64,000 nucleotides of DNA. Origin: a virus. The notes under the pieces were generated by a model. That model worked only from the letters and a program-made list of their open reading frames with translations, was not told where the DNA came from and did not search any database. The translations under genes and the position numbers were made by a program. Of the stretch, positions 55,996 through 63,366 are shown piece by piece. Numbering within the stretch: the stretch's first letter is position 1; every line of letters begins with the position of its first letter. The stretch spans positions 32,001 through 96,000 of the IMG/VR virus record IMGVR_UViG_3300032313_000500, one strand, 5' to 3'.

Positions 55996-56183
55996 AAAAA
56001 AAAGAACCCCAACCCGAAGGCTGAGGCTCTAATTCCTTGTGACTCACCATTAGAACTCCCAAGGAAGAGTTTATGTTTGGTCGTGAGACAATCCAGCAGG
56101 TAGGGCTTCTCTGCATAATTGTGGTATTCCCAATCGCCGAGTTGCCTCAGTCTTTGGTTTCCACCTCGGTGTCCTTTACCGAT
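55996..56183 (-). ncRNA. Candidate ~185-nt small RNA (promoter-to-terminator unit with no credible ORF)
   Basis: Promoter copy with ATC rather than ATG at +1; GNRA hairpins GGT-GGAA-ACC and CTGAG-GCAA-CTCGG; TTCCTTG/CAAGGAA stem; ends in GAGCCTCAGCC-TTCG-GGTTGGGGTTC-T7. Confidence 0.4.
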
Positions 56184-56255
56184 ACTTACACTCTATCGGT
56201 TGTAGGGTGTAGTTGCAACCCCAGACCAGAAAAAGTCTGGCGAGTCCCGAGAACG

Positions 56256-56507
56256 TTAGTCCTTGTTGTTTTCCTCGTACCACAGCGTCTTCACCACTTC
56301 AGCCACTTTGATGTGGATGTAATCGTGATGAAAAGGGTCAAACATGGTTCCCCGAATGCGTTCGGCAACGGCGGGGCGCTCCTTGTCCAGTTTGTTGAAG
56401 AACACCTGACCTAGTCGCTTTTTGTTTGCTGGGTGTTCCCAAGAGGCATACACCCTATCCACAAACTCTTCGTAAGTTCCGTCTTCGTAGTGGTCGTCGC
56501 ACGTCAT
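56256..56507 (-). CDS. Hypothetical protein
   Basis: ATGA-coupled start (MTCDDHYEDG...RLGQVFFNKL...FDPFH). Confidence 0.65.
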   Translation of the reverse strand: MTCDDHYEDGTYEEFVDRVYASWEHPANKKRLGQVFFNKLDKERPAVAERIRGTMFDPFHHDYIHIKVAEVVKTLWYEENNKD

Positions 56508-56611
56508 TCGTCGGCCCCGTCTTCGTTCTCTGTTTCGCACAGGTAAGCGTTAGCCCAAGACTCCATGAAGTCGTTGTACGCCTCCATGTCCTCCCATGTC
56601 CAGTCTTTCAT
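56504..56611 (-). CDS. Small acidic peptide (35 aa)
   Basis: MKDWTWEDMEAYNDFMESWANAYLCETENEDGADE; ATGA overlaps at both ends. Confidence 0.55.
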   Translation of the reverse strand: MKDWTWEDMEAYNDFMESWANAYLCETENEDGADE

Positions 56612-56775
56612 TTCAGTTTCGCCTTGCACCAATCGCACTTACGTCCACCATCTATTGCAGGGTCGTCTCCGTAAATTAGTTCAATGTCGTAACACTGCGA
56701 CTGACCGTGTGTCATGCAGTAAAGGTATCTACCGTTACGCCATGCTTTTGGTTTGCGTGTCTCTTGTACTTCCAT
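56608..56775 (-). CDS. Small Cys-containing early protein (55 aa)
   Basis: Leaderless ATG at a promoter copy; YC..H...KCDWC. Confidence 0.6.
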   Translation of the reverse strand: MEVQETRKPKAWRNGRYLYCMTHGQSQCYDIELIYGDDPAIDGGRKCDWCKAKLK

Positions 56776-56825
56776 AGTTACACTTTACAGGTAGTAACCA
56801 CTAATACCAACATGGTGAGAAAGAT

Positions 56826-57116
56826 TTACAGTCCTCTGTTGCTGGCTCGCCACTGCGAGGGTGAGTGGTTCTCCTCAACGCCCCGCTTCTCGTCTTCGTC
56901 GTAGTAGAGGCGCAAGATGTGGATGCACGGGTCGCTTTCCTCAAACTCGGCATCTTCTTCTTCTGTGGTGGGCAATCCGTCATGCGTATAGCAAATCGGG
57001 GCTCCAACCCAGCCGTTTTCGTAACCAGTTTGTAGCCAAGACTCAAATGTCGGCTCTTCGTTTATTCTCTCCATCATTTCAGATGGGTCAAAGTTTTCTG
57101 CATCTTTTCCTACCAT
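56826..57116 (-). CDS. Hypothetical protein (96 aa)
   Basis: TAACCT-6 nt-ATG start; WLQTGYENGWVGAPICYTHDG..E...DPC. Confidence 0.7.
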   Translation of the reverse strand: MVGKDAENFDPSEMMERINEEPTFESWLQTGYENGWVGAPICYTHDGLPTTEEEDAEFEESDPCIHILRLYYDEDEKRGVEENHSPSQWRASNRGL

Positions 57117-57132
57117 GCTTGCAGGTTACAGG

Positions 57133-57258
57133 TTAGAAGCAGGTACGACAACCCGTGCGTCGTTTTCTTTGGAGAAAGCGAGGGCGCTGTTTGTTCGGCT
57201 CTTCCTTCGGTTCTTCCGGCTCTTTCGGAGCCCCGTCGTCTTCTGGTGGTTTTGTCAT
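57133..57258 (-). CDS. Small peptide (41 aa)
   Basis: TATTAT-6 nt-ATG; MTKPPEDDGAPKEPEE...GCRTCF. Confidence 0.45.
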   Translation of the reverse strand: MTKPPEDDGAPKEPEEPKEEPNKQRPRFLQRKRRTGCRTCF

Positions 57259-57351
57259 GTACCCATAATACGACAAATGCCCCTCAACCATTTTCAGGTT
57301 GGGGGCACATGACGCCTCATTGAATGGGGGTGTGTGAGGTCTGTGTAAAAC

Positions 57352-57486
57352 TTAGTCTTCTCGGGGCTTCTCGTCGGGAACTTTTGGAGTAAAAAACGGA
57401 GAGTTCATCTTTGCTTTTTCCCAAGCCTTCATAAACTCTTGGCGCTCGGCTTCTATTTCCTCTTCGGTTTGGGCTGCTCGTCTCAT
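57352..57486 (-). CDS. Small peptide (44 aa)
   Basis: TATGCT-6 nt-ATG; MRRAAQTEEEIEAERQEFMKAWEKAK... Confidence 0.55.
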   Translation of the reverse strand: MRRAAQTEEEIEAERQEFMKAWEKAKMNSPFFTPKVPDEKPRED

Positions 57487-57506
57487 GGAGTGAGCATAGC
57501 AAATCT

Positions 57507-57797
57507 TCACCCTGTCTTCCACCAAATTCGGTCGCCTTCGTACTCGTCTTCGTACTCGTAGTCCATCCCAAACTCTCTATCAAGGCACTCATGACACCTG
57601 TTCTTGACGCTTACTTCTCGTCGTGCGTACTCAGCCATCTCTTTTGCGGTCTTAGTTGCCCCGCATTCGTTGCAACGGGCTGGTCTGTCGGCTACAAACT
57701 TGCGATAGTACGCCTGCCTGCGCCTCATGTTCCTGAGGTTCTTGCGTTCGGTCGCTTGTCGTTGCGCTCTACGCTGCGCGGGGCTGACTCTCTCCAC
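57507..57797 (-). CDS. Zinc-binding basic protein
   Basis: GTG overlapping the upstream TAG with GGAGAGG RBS; RCNECG...RCHECLD. Confidence 0.6.
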   Translation of the reverse strand: MERVSPAQRRAQRQATERKNLRNMRRRQAYYRKFVADRPARCNECGATKTAKEMAEYARREVSVKNRCHECLDREFGMDYEYEDEYEGDRIWWKTG

Positions 57798-57892
57798 TAT
57801 TCCTCTCCTGCTAGGTCTAGACAGTACTTGCACTCACCGTTGCTACTGCAATGGCAATGGTCGGGCATCTCTGGGGTTGTGTATTTACTCAT
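57797..57892 (-). CDS. Mini Cys-rich peptide (31 aa)
   Basis: Leaderless ATG at a promoter copy; HCHCSSNGECKYC. Confidence 0.55.
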   Translation of the reverse strand: MSKYTTPEMPDHCHCSSNGECKYCLDLAGEE

Positions 57893-58075
57893 ACCTTCAC
57901 TCTATCGGTAGTAAAGGGTAGTTCCAACCTGCAACAAAAGAAAGTTATCCACAGGTTTATCCACATCTACGAAAAAATCAAAAAAAATCTCAGACCCCCT
58001 GGGGTGTGTCATAGTTTCTAATCTTATAACGGTGGCGGAAAGCAAATCACGGGGCATCGCCAGATGCCGTGATGG

Positions 58076-58372
58076 CTAACCAACCCTCATGTTGTCAGGC
58101 TTATGCGTGTCGTTCGGGTTGCGAACCACAAATGTGTTTTCGGGCGCACGACCTTTGTACTCGTAGTCAAGTGCGTCGGCGTGGAACAGGGCGAGCCCCG
58201 TCTTGGCTAGATAATCGTCAAGGAAATCTTGCATTGCGCTCAAACGGGCAAACGAAATAGAGACCGTAAAGGGTTTCGTCGGCGAACCGACTTCCATCTC
58301 CCTCAGCAGTTCATCTGTCGTGATGCCAAGAGCCTCGGCAAGTTTCTTGATGTCTTTGGCTGTTTTCCTCAT
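58076..58372 (-). CDS. Hypothetical early protein with N-terminal HTH-like helix pair
   Basis: Leaderless ATG at a promoter copy; IKKLAEALGITTDELL. Confidence 0.65.
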   Translation of the reverse strand: MRKTAKDIKKLAEALGITTDELLREMEVGSPTKPFTVSISFARLSAMQDFLDDYLAKTGLALFHADALDYEYKGRAPENTFVVRNPNDTHKPDNMRVG

Positions 58373-58409
58373 ACTTTCACTCTAGCGATAGTAAGAGGTA
58401 AAGACAACC

Positions 58410-58622
58410 TCACTCCTCGTATTCTTCGTCTAGGGTCAGGCAACCGAGAGCGTTGCTTGCTCGTGCGATTTCCTCGTCGCTCCACGGCAAGTCCTCGGGC
58501 CAGTCCTGTGGCTTTCCGTACCACCATGATGTCATGTGGCCACTCGGGCCAGTCAAGGCTTTGAGAGCCTCTCTTAGTTCTTCGGCTAGTCTTGCTACTT
58601 CTGTTATTTGGGTTTTCCTCAT
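58410..58622 (-). CDS. Hypothetical early protein (70 aa)
   Basis: Leaderless ATG at a promoter copy; MRKT N-terminus shared with the neighbouring gene. Confidence 0.65.
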   Translation of the reverse strand: MRKTQITEVARLAEELREALKALTGPSGHMTSWWYGKPQDWPEDLPWSDEEIARASNALGCLTLDEEYEE

Positions 58623-58681
58623 ACCTTCAATCTATGGATAGTAAAGGGTAGAAACAACCTGAACCCAAACTTTTTTCAGAA

Positions 58682-58697
58682 TGTTTCCCGTGAAACA
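58682..58697. promoter_or_regulatory. parS-like site
   Basis: TGTTTCCCGTGAAACA, one mismatch from the chromosomal parS palindrome TGTTTCACGTGAAACA; intergenic. Confidence 0.6.
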
Positions 58698-58764
58698 ATT
58701 AGGCATGCCTAACAAGCATTACGCAACTGAGGGGTGTGTCAAGGTTTAGGGGTGTGTCAAGGTT

Positions 58765-59157
58765 TCAGTCGTACTGCTTGTCGCACATCATTGAGCGAAC
58801 TTGGTCTGCGCTCAGCAGGAAGCCCCGTGCTGGGTTGTCGCCATCAGAAGCGAGACCAATCTTGGTCATCGGCTGGTTCGCCCGAAGGTATCTCTTTAGC
58901 CGTGCAACGCTGACAATGAAGAAGGAATCCGGGGCCAACCGATAAACCCACCAGTCGGCTGTTGTTACATTTATACCTGACAACTGCCAGTCTTTACCTG
59001 CTGGCTTTTGCTCTGTTTCCACTACCATCTTGCCGTTACGGTACCTGTCCGACTTGACCTCAACGGCCCCGCTGCCGAACAACTCTCTTGCGTTGTCCTC
59101 ACCTGCTTCTCCGTATGTAAGGTCGGCTTGAAAGTCAAAGCGTGGTTCGTATCCCAT
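58765..59157 (-). CDS. PD-(D/E)xK-like phage endonuclease
   Basis: FQADLTYGEAGE...VEVKSDRY..GKMVVETE...LSGINVTTADWW. Confidence 0.65.
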   Translation of the reverse strand: MGYEPRFDFQADLTYGEAGEDNARELFGSGAVEVKSDRYRNGKMVVETEQKPAGKDWQLSGINVTTADWWVYRLAPDSFFIVSVARLKRYLRANQPMTKIGLASDGDNPARGFLLSADQVRSMMCDKQYD

Positions 59158-59270
59158 TCCTTTACGCTATCACGGGGCTACGCACGGGCAACTAGCGAGA
59201 TGAGTGGAGACAGCCAAAAGCCCCCTAGCCTGTCCTGTCGGAGGGCTTCGGGGGCTGTGGTGTGGCTGTG

Positions 59271-59348
59271 CTATTCGCAGTCGCACGAGTCAGGCTTGTC
59301 ATACCCGAACTCGTAACCACACTCAGGACAAGTGCTGGTTTCGTTCAT
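59271..59348 (-). CDS. Mini zinc-finger peptide (25 aa), paralog of 55344-55433
   Basis: MNETSTCPECGYEFGYDKPDSCDCE; GGAGGAGG RBS inside a 7-codon leaderless uORF (59368-59345). Confidence 0.55.
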   Translation of the reverse strand: MNETSTCPECGYEFGYDKPDSCDCE

Positions 59349-59440
59349 TTTACCTCCTCCCCATTCATAACTTCATCATATCGGTAATAAAAGGTAAAAA
59401 CAACCTCACGCCGAAAATAAGTTTGTGGTATTCTGCGCTC

Positions 59441-59707
59441 ATGCCAAGCACGTGGGGCAGCAGCCCCGAAGACAGTAATTCATTTGTTGGGAACGACATT
59501 CCTCAGTACACGAAGTTCTTTGACTTACACGAGATGGACTTTGAGATGCGACGGGTCTCGGGACTCTGGGACGTTCTGGCGTGGACTCGTGACAACGAAG
59601 ATGTTTGGGCTGTGTCCAAGAAGTGCGAGTCGCTCGGAGATGCGTTCAACTCCTGTTACACAGAAGTGAAAAAACAGATGCGTCTTCTCAGCCCCGAGGA
59701 AAACTAA
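59441..59707 (+). CDS. Hypothetical protein (88 aa), lone + strand gene in the early array
   Basis: TATTCT-6 nt-ATG59441; followed by a hairpin and T tract. Confidence 0.55.
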   Translation: MPSTWGSSPEDSNSFVGNDIPQYTKFFDLHEMDFEMRRVSGLWDVLAWTRDNEDVWAVSKKCESLGDAFNSCYTEVKKQMRLLSPEEN

Positions 59708-59750
59708 AAAACCACCCACCCGAAGGCAAGTGGCTTTTTGTGGAGACTGT

Positions 59751-59972
59751 TTAGATGTAAGAGTTTGAGTCCATGTAAGACTCAACCGACAACTCGTAGT
59801 CCGAAGTGAGTTCCCACTCTTCCTCGGTACCCTCGTTACCGTTCCCTAGCCAGTCCTCGTAGTTCTCGTTGTACCTGTCCGAGTCCTTGAAGTCTTCTTC
59901 TGCCCTGTCCCAAGCGTCTTGTGCTTCACAAGCGTCTTGGTAAGGCTGTTCTAGCCATTGGTCGTAACCCAT
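59751..59972 (-). CDS. Acidic hypothetical protein (73 aa)
   Basis: Leadered promoter copy with AAAGGA RBS. Confidence 0.65.
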   Translation of the reverse strand: MGYDQWLEQPYQDACEAQDAWDRAEEDFKDSDRYNENYEDWLGNGNEGTEEEWELTSDYELSVESYMDSNSYI

Positions 59973-60084
59973 AACGTTTCCTTTCTTGGTTGTAATAACA
60001 TACTAAGGGTAGTAAAAGGTAAAAACAACCTGCTAAAGAAATAAGTTATCCACAGGCTGTCCGTGCGGAAGGCGTTTTGCTGGG

Positions 60085-60252
60085 CTACCGAACACGTGCG
60101 TTGATGTCAATGAAACGGAAGCAGGCTTCGCTTCGTTCGCTCTCGTCTTCACACAGCAATACCGCTGTTGCCTGAGCCCCGGTCAAGTCGTAAAGGCGCA
60201 CATACCTAGCGTGTTCGCAGACATACGGGTTTCCAGTCAGTTCGTCTTTCAT
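60085..60252 (-). CDS. Small early protein (55 aa)
   Basis: Leaderless ATG at a promoter copy; MKDELTGNPYVCEHARYVRLYDL... Confidence 0.6.
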   Translation of the reverse strand: MKDELTGNPYVCEHARYVRLYDLTGAQATAVLLCEDESERSEACFRFIDINARVR

Positions 60253-60376
60253 AATTCCAGTCTATCGGTAGTAAGGGGTAAAAACAACATCGGATTATTC
60301 CGATGGTTTCATTGTTCTCTCTGCTTGCAACGCAACCAATAGTGTTACCTAATCTAGTTACGGTGGCGGAAAGGAT

Positions 60377-60688
60377 TTATTCGGCGATTGCCCAGACTCG
60401 TGAAGGACGCCCCGGCTTACCGAGTGTGTGGCAGTCGTCAATAACTTCCACTCTGCCTTCTTCTTCCAAGAACAGCAAACGCTTGGTTGCGTTAGCCTTA
60501 TCCATGTCAAGCAGTTCGGCTACGGCAACTGTGCGAGCCTCACCCATTAGGGCAACGGCGAGATACACGGCTTCGGTTCGGGTTAGTTTGTCAAACAAAG
60601 CGTCACGGAGAGATGAGAAGTCGCTGATAGAAGCAACGACCTTTCCATCTACCATGAGGTTTGTTCCAGTCATAGTAATGTTGTTCAT
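60377..60688 (-). CDS. Winged-helix DNA-binding protein
   Basis: Leaderless ATG60688; LTRTEAVYLAVALMGEARTVAVAELLDMDKANATKRLLFLEEEGRV...GRPSRVW. Confidence 0.75.
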   Translation of the reverse strand: MNNITMTGTNLMVDGKVVASISDFSSLRDALFDKLTRTEAVYLAVALMGEARTVAVAELLDMDKANATKRLLFLEEEGRVEVIDDCHTLGKPGRPSRVWAIAE

Positions 60689-60737
60689 AAGTCCATAATA
60701 CCGATAAGAAGTCAAAACAACAACCTATCGTTTAGAT

Positions 60738-60932
60738 TTATTGGAACAGGGTTGGTTGGTCGTCGGCGATGTTACGGGGCATGCAGACCTCATGTGCGTA
60801 CGTGTGGTGGTTAGTAGCCACATACTTCACATTCTGTGTTACACCTTTAGCCCAACCTGTAATCAGGTGGTACACGCCCGATGAGCGTGGGTCTACTTCG
60901 TGGTCGCAAAAGTCGCATTTGTACTGAGCCAT
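60738..60932 (-). CDS. Zinc-binding small protein (64 aa)
   Basis: YKCDFC...YAHEVC. Confidence 0.6.
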   Translation of the reverse strand: MAQYKCDFCDHEVDPRSSGVYHLITGWAKGVTQNVKYVATNHHTYAHEVCMPRNIADDQPTLFQ

Positions 60933-60944
60933 GTAGTCCCGAGT

Positions 60945-61019
60945 CTAGAAGTTCTTTATCAGATAAGCAACGACAATGAAGCCGATGAATGTCGTTCCGT
61001 AGAAAAATAAGTCGCTCAT
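60945..61019 (-). CDS. Membrane micropeptide (24 aa)
   Basis: GAAGG RBS; MSDLFFYGTTFIGFIVVAYLIKNF. Confidence 0.45.
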   Translation of the reverse strand: MSDLFFYGTTFIGFIVVAYLIKNF

Positions 61020-61039
61020 AATCTCTCTTGCCTTCTTTG

Positions 61040-61165
61040 TTAGAAAGGGTCTACCGTTTCTTCGTCTGCGCACTCATCGCACACATCGCCACACGCTAAA
61101 CATTCTTCGCATTCTTTGAAGTACTTATCGTACTCTTCTTGGTCTCTAAAAGGTAGTAATCCCAT
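61040..61165 (-). CDS. Cys-rich peptide (41 aa)
   Basis: Leaderless ATG at a promoter copy; ECEECLACGDVCDEC. Confidence 0.55.
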   Translation of the reverse strand: MGLLPFRDQEEYDKYFKECEECLACGDVCDECADEETVDPF

Positions 61166-61201
61166 ACCTTCATACTATGGGTAGTAAGAGGTAAAAACAA
61201 C

Positions 61202-61621
61202 CTAAGTATGTATTTCTTTTTGAACAGCGTCTGCTTCACACCTGAGACAGTCACGCTTGCGCCATGCGCCGTTCGGGGCTCCGAAGTACGTGTCTGAGTT
61301 GCCACAGTAGTTTTCACACTTGTCGCCCCAAGTCCATGCGTACTCACAGCATGAAGGAACTTCTATGCCACTGCCGTTCATGTTCGGGTGTCCACCACCG
61401 TTGGGAAACAGGTATTTAGCCAGCCCCGGAAGTGCTTCCAGCATCTTCAGACAGCAGTCGTGACATAAGTGTGCTTCTTCTTCGTCACAAGGGAAGTTGT
61501 CAGAAAAGCCACCGTAGTGACCTAAAGAGCAATTACCTAGCGACCAGCCGTAATCAATGAAGTTGCCTTGTTGCTGAGAAGTCGGGGCCGCCACGCCACA
61601 GTTGGTGCAGGCTAGCGTCAT
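61202..61621 (-). CDS. Cys-rich hypothetical protein
   Basis: ATGA-coupled; CTNC, LCHDCC, SCCEYAW, CENYC, CLRC. Confidence 0.65.
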   Translation of the reverse strand: MTLACTNCGVAAPTSQQQGNFIDYGWSLGNCSLGHYGGFSDNFPCDEEEAHLCHDCCLKMLEALPGLAKYLFPNGGGHPNMNGSGIEVPSCCEYAWTWGDKCENYCGNSDTYFGAPNGAWRKRDCLRCEADAVQKEIHT

Positions 61622-61854
61622 CTTCCCCCCACCATTACGTTGAGTACGTTTTCGCTCGCCCATTTCACGGCGAGACGGTTCACGGTCATCAAGAACTCGG
61701 TTTCGGTTACGCCCTGCTCGGTAAGGAACTCCGTGAGGCGACCCTCGTTGAAGTCGTCAAGCATGTTCGCTAACGCCTGCGCGCCAGTTGCGCCGATTGA
61801 GTAGTACTCGCAGTCAAGTACGCCCTGAAAAGTGTCTGTGTATTTTTCTTTCAT
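61618..61854 (-). CDS. Hypothetical early protein
   Basis: Leaderless ATG61854 at a promoter copy. Confidence 0.65.
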   Translation of the reverse strand: MKEKYTDTFQGVLDCEYYSIGATGAQALANMLDDFNEGRLTEFLTEQGVTETEFLMTVNRLAVKWASENVLNVMVGGR

Positions 61855-61952
61855 AATTCCATGATAGGGGTAGTAAGAGGTAATCACAACTTTTATTGGG
61901 GATTATTTCAGAAGTTCTCGGATTAGGGACATCGCATCTGGGTGCCCCGGGT

Positions 61953-62129
61953 TCATTGCTCGTAATCACATTCCATGTTGTCGCAACTTCCGTAGTTCTT
62001 GCAGAACGACTCGTAGTTCAGGCACTCTGGGTCGCCCTGAACGGCGTCATGCTGGGCTCTCGGAGGGCATCTGCGTGTCACGACTCGCTTGCCAATCCTG
62101 TAAGCAATGTAGTTCGTAATCAGTCCCAT
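61953..62129 (-). CDS. Small protein (58 aa)
   Basis: TAATG overlap; MGLITNYIAYRIGKR...CLNYESFCKNYGSCDNMEC. Confidence 0.55.
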   Translation of the reverse strand: MGLITNYIAYRIGKRVVTRRCPPRAQHDAVQGDPECLNYESFCKNYGSCDNMECDYEQ

Positions 62130-62359
62130 TAGTTCACCTTGTTGTGTTTTACAACTGCCTTCTCAATGTCGGCGAGTGCTTTCTCCGTGACTTTGAGCCC
62201 CGAGTTCACGAGTCCCATGAAGCCAAGTGGCGTCTGTTCGGCAAGGTCGTAGAACGCATCTACCGACTCGGCAAGTGCGCTCCAAGCGTTGAGGAACTTC
62301 TCCACCCATTCGGGGTCTCCGTTCGGAAGCACCACCGAGATTTCAGTTGCCGTAATCAT
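62129..62359 (-). CDS. Hypothetical protein (76 aa)
   Basis: ATGA overlap with the KTSC gene stop. Confidence 0.6.
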   Translation of the reverse strand: MITATEISVVLPNGDPEWVEKFLNAWSALAESVDAFYDLAEQTPLGFMGLVNSGLKVTEKALADIEKAVVKHNKVN

Positions 62360-62655
62360 GAGGCTACCGAGAAGTTAGGCTTGATTTCACGAGCGATAAA
62401 CGCACCGAGGCTATCTGCCGACATTAGTGCGAACATGGTAGGGAACGGAACGCCCTCGTAGGTGTAGAAGGTCTCAGCGTTCTTGTACCTGACAACCAGC
62501 GACTTCGTACCGACCTCATACTTCCAAAACCCAATGGCACTGCTGTTCTTGGGGCTTGACGCTATGTAGTTCTCACTAACCCATGCCCACTCGTTGTTGG
62601 CGTAGGTGAGGCAATCTCCGATAGTTGAGTTTTCGTAAATAAGTGTTTGTTTCAT
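62356..62655 (-). CDS. KTSC-domain protein
   Basis: SSAIGFWKYEVGTKSLVVRYKNAETFYTYEGVP...LMSADSLGAFIAREIKPNF. Confidence 0.85.
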   Translation of the reverse strand: MKQTLIYENSTIGDCLTYANNEWAWVSENYIASSPKNSSAIGFWKYEVGTKSLVVRYKNAETFYTYEGVPFPTMFALMSADSLGAFIAREIKPNFSVAS

Positions 62656-62694
62656 AAGTTCACTTTATGGGTAGTAGGGGGTAAACACAACCTC

Positions 62695-62868
62695 TTACGA
62701 GGGAATGTTTGCCATTTCGTTCTGAACCAAGTTCAAGCCTTCCACAAGGGCTTTCCAGATGTCCTTCTTCACTTGCGTGGGGACTGTGTCTGGCAACTTG
62801 TCATAGGCACGGATAGCCGTGCGAATGTCTTGGTGGGTCTGCATTATGTATGTTTCGTAATCACTCAT
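62695..62868 (-). CDS. Small helical early protein (57 aa)
   Basis: Leaderless ATG at a promoter copy. Confidence 0.6.
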   Translation of the reverse strand: MSDYETYIMQTHQDIRTAIRAYDKLPDTVPTQVKKDIWKALVEGLNLVQNEMANIPS

Positions 62869-63066
62869 ACCCACACTCTATGGGTAATAAGGGGTAGAAA
62901 CAACCTCACGCACAAATAAACTTATCCACAACCCTGTGGATAAAGTGCGACAGTTTCGTCGTGGGCGCAGCCCCGACCTGAGGGGGGCGACTTGCTAGGC
63001 GATGCCGACTACGACATTCTTACTCGGGTATCATTGCGAGCCTAGTTACGAGGGTTTTATGTGTTT

Positions 63067-63315
63067 CTAATCGTTAGACGGTGGCGGAAGAGTCTCAACT
63101 AATGCGAAGTCATCTTCTCTGTACACAAGTCCAAGCCGGGACCCGTTGTCCCAATCAACGTGAACAGTTCCAAACGAATCTACGGAAGTGACAACTCCTT
63201 CATCACCACGAACAAGTTTCGTGTATGGGTCAGTGCAGTTGATTAGCCGTACTCGCTTGCCAACGTATGTTTTGTAATACGCCAACAGTTCGGGTCTTAT
63301 TTCTTTTATGTCCAT
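63067..63315 (-). CDS. DUF4314-domain protein
   Basis: GKRVRLINCTDPYTKL..GDEGVVTSVDSFGTVHVDWDNGSRLGLVYREDDF. Confidence 0.85.
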   Translation of the reverse strand: MDIKEIRPELLAYYKTYVGKRVRLINCTDPYTKLVRGDEGVVTSVDSFGTVHVDWDNGSRLGLVYREDDFALVETLPPPSND

Positions 63316-63366
63316 AACTTCACTTTACGGATAGTAAGGCACAACAACAACCTACGGTCAAGACTT

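Larger units (their letters stand above)
52648..63350 (-). repeat. 19 copies of one sigma-A-type promoter element: GG-TTG(TNN)-17 bp conserved spacer-TANNNT-6 nt-start
   Basis: -35 hexamers at + coordinates 52671, 53070, 53321, 55463, 55827, 56213, 56805, 57922, 58402, 58652, 59398, 60023, 60282, 60718, 61195, 61884, 62685, 62898, 63345. Spacer approximately TTACCYYTTACTACCSA; 16 copies have ATG exactly 6 nt after the -10. Confidence 0.9.

Noticed and set aside
57317-57592. Track ORF of 91 aa
   Set aside because: It overlaps the 57507 gene in another frame; the 57352-57486 ORF has the -10/6-nt/ATG geometry and more plausible composition.
58731-58765. Direct repeat GGGGTGTGTCAAGGTTT x2
   Set aside because: It reads TTGACA on the minus strand but has no correctly spaced -10; probably a local duplication, with too little evidence to assign a function.
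56000-63045. Hammerhead ribozyme in the two structured RNA candidates
   Set aside because: GAAAC is present, but the CUGANGA core and correct stem order are missing.
52648-63350. Promoter repeats read as CRISPR repeats or integron attC sites
   Set aside because: The repeats have -35/-10 geometry, are not palindromic, and are separated by whole genes of variable length; no integrase is in the window.
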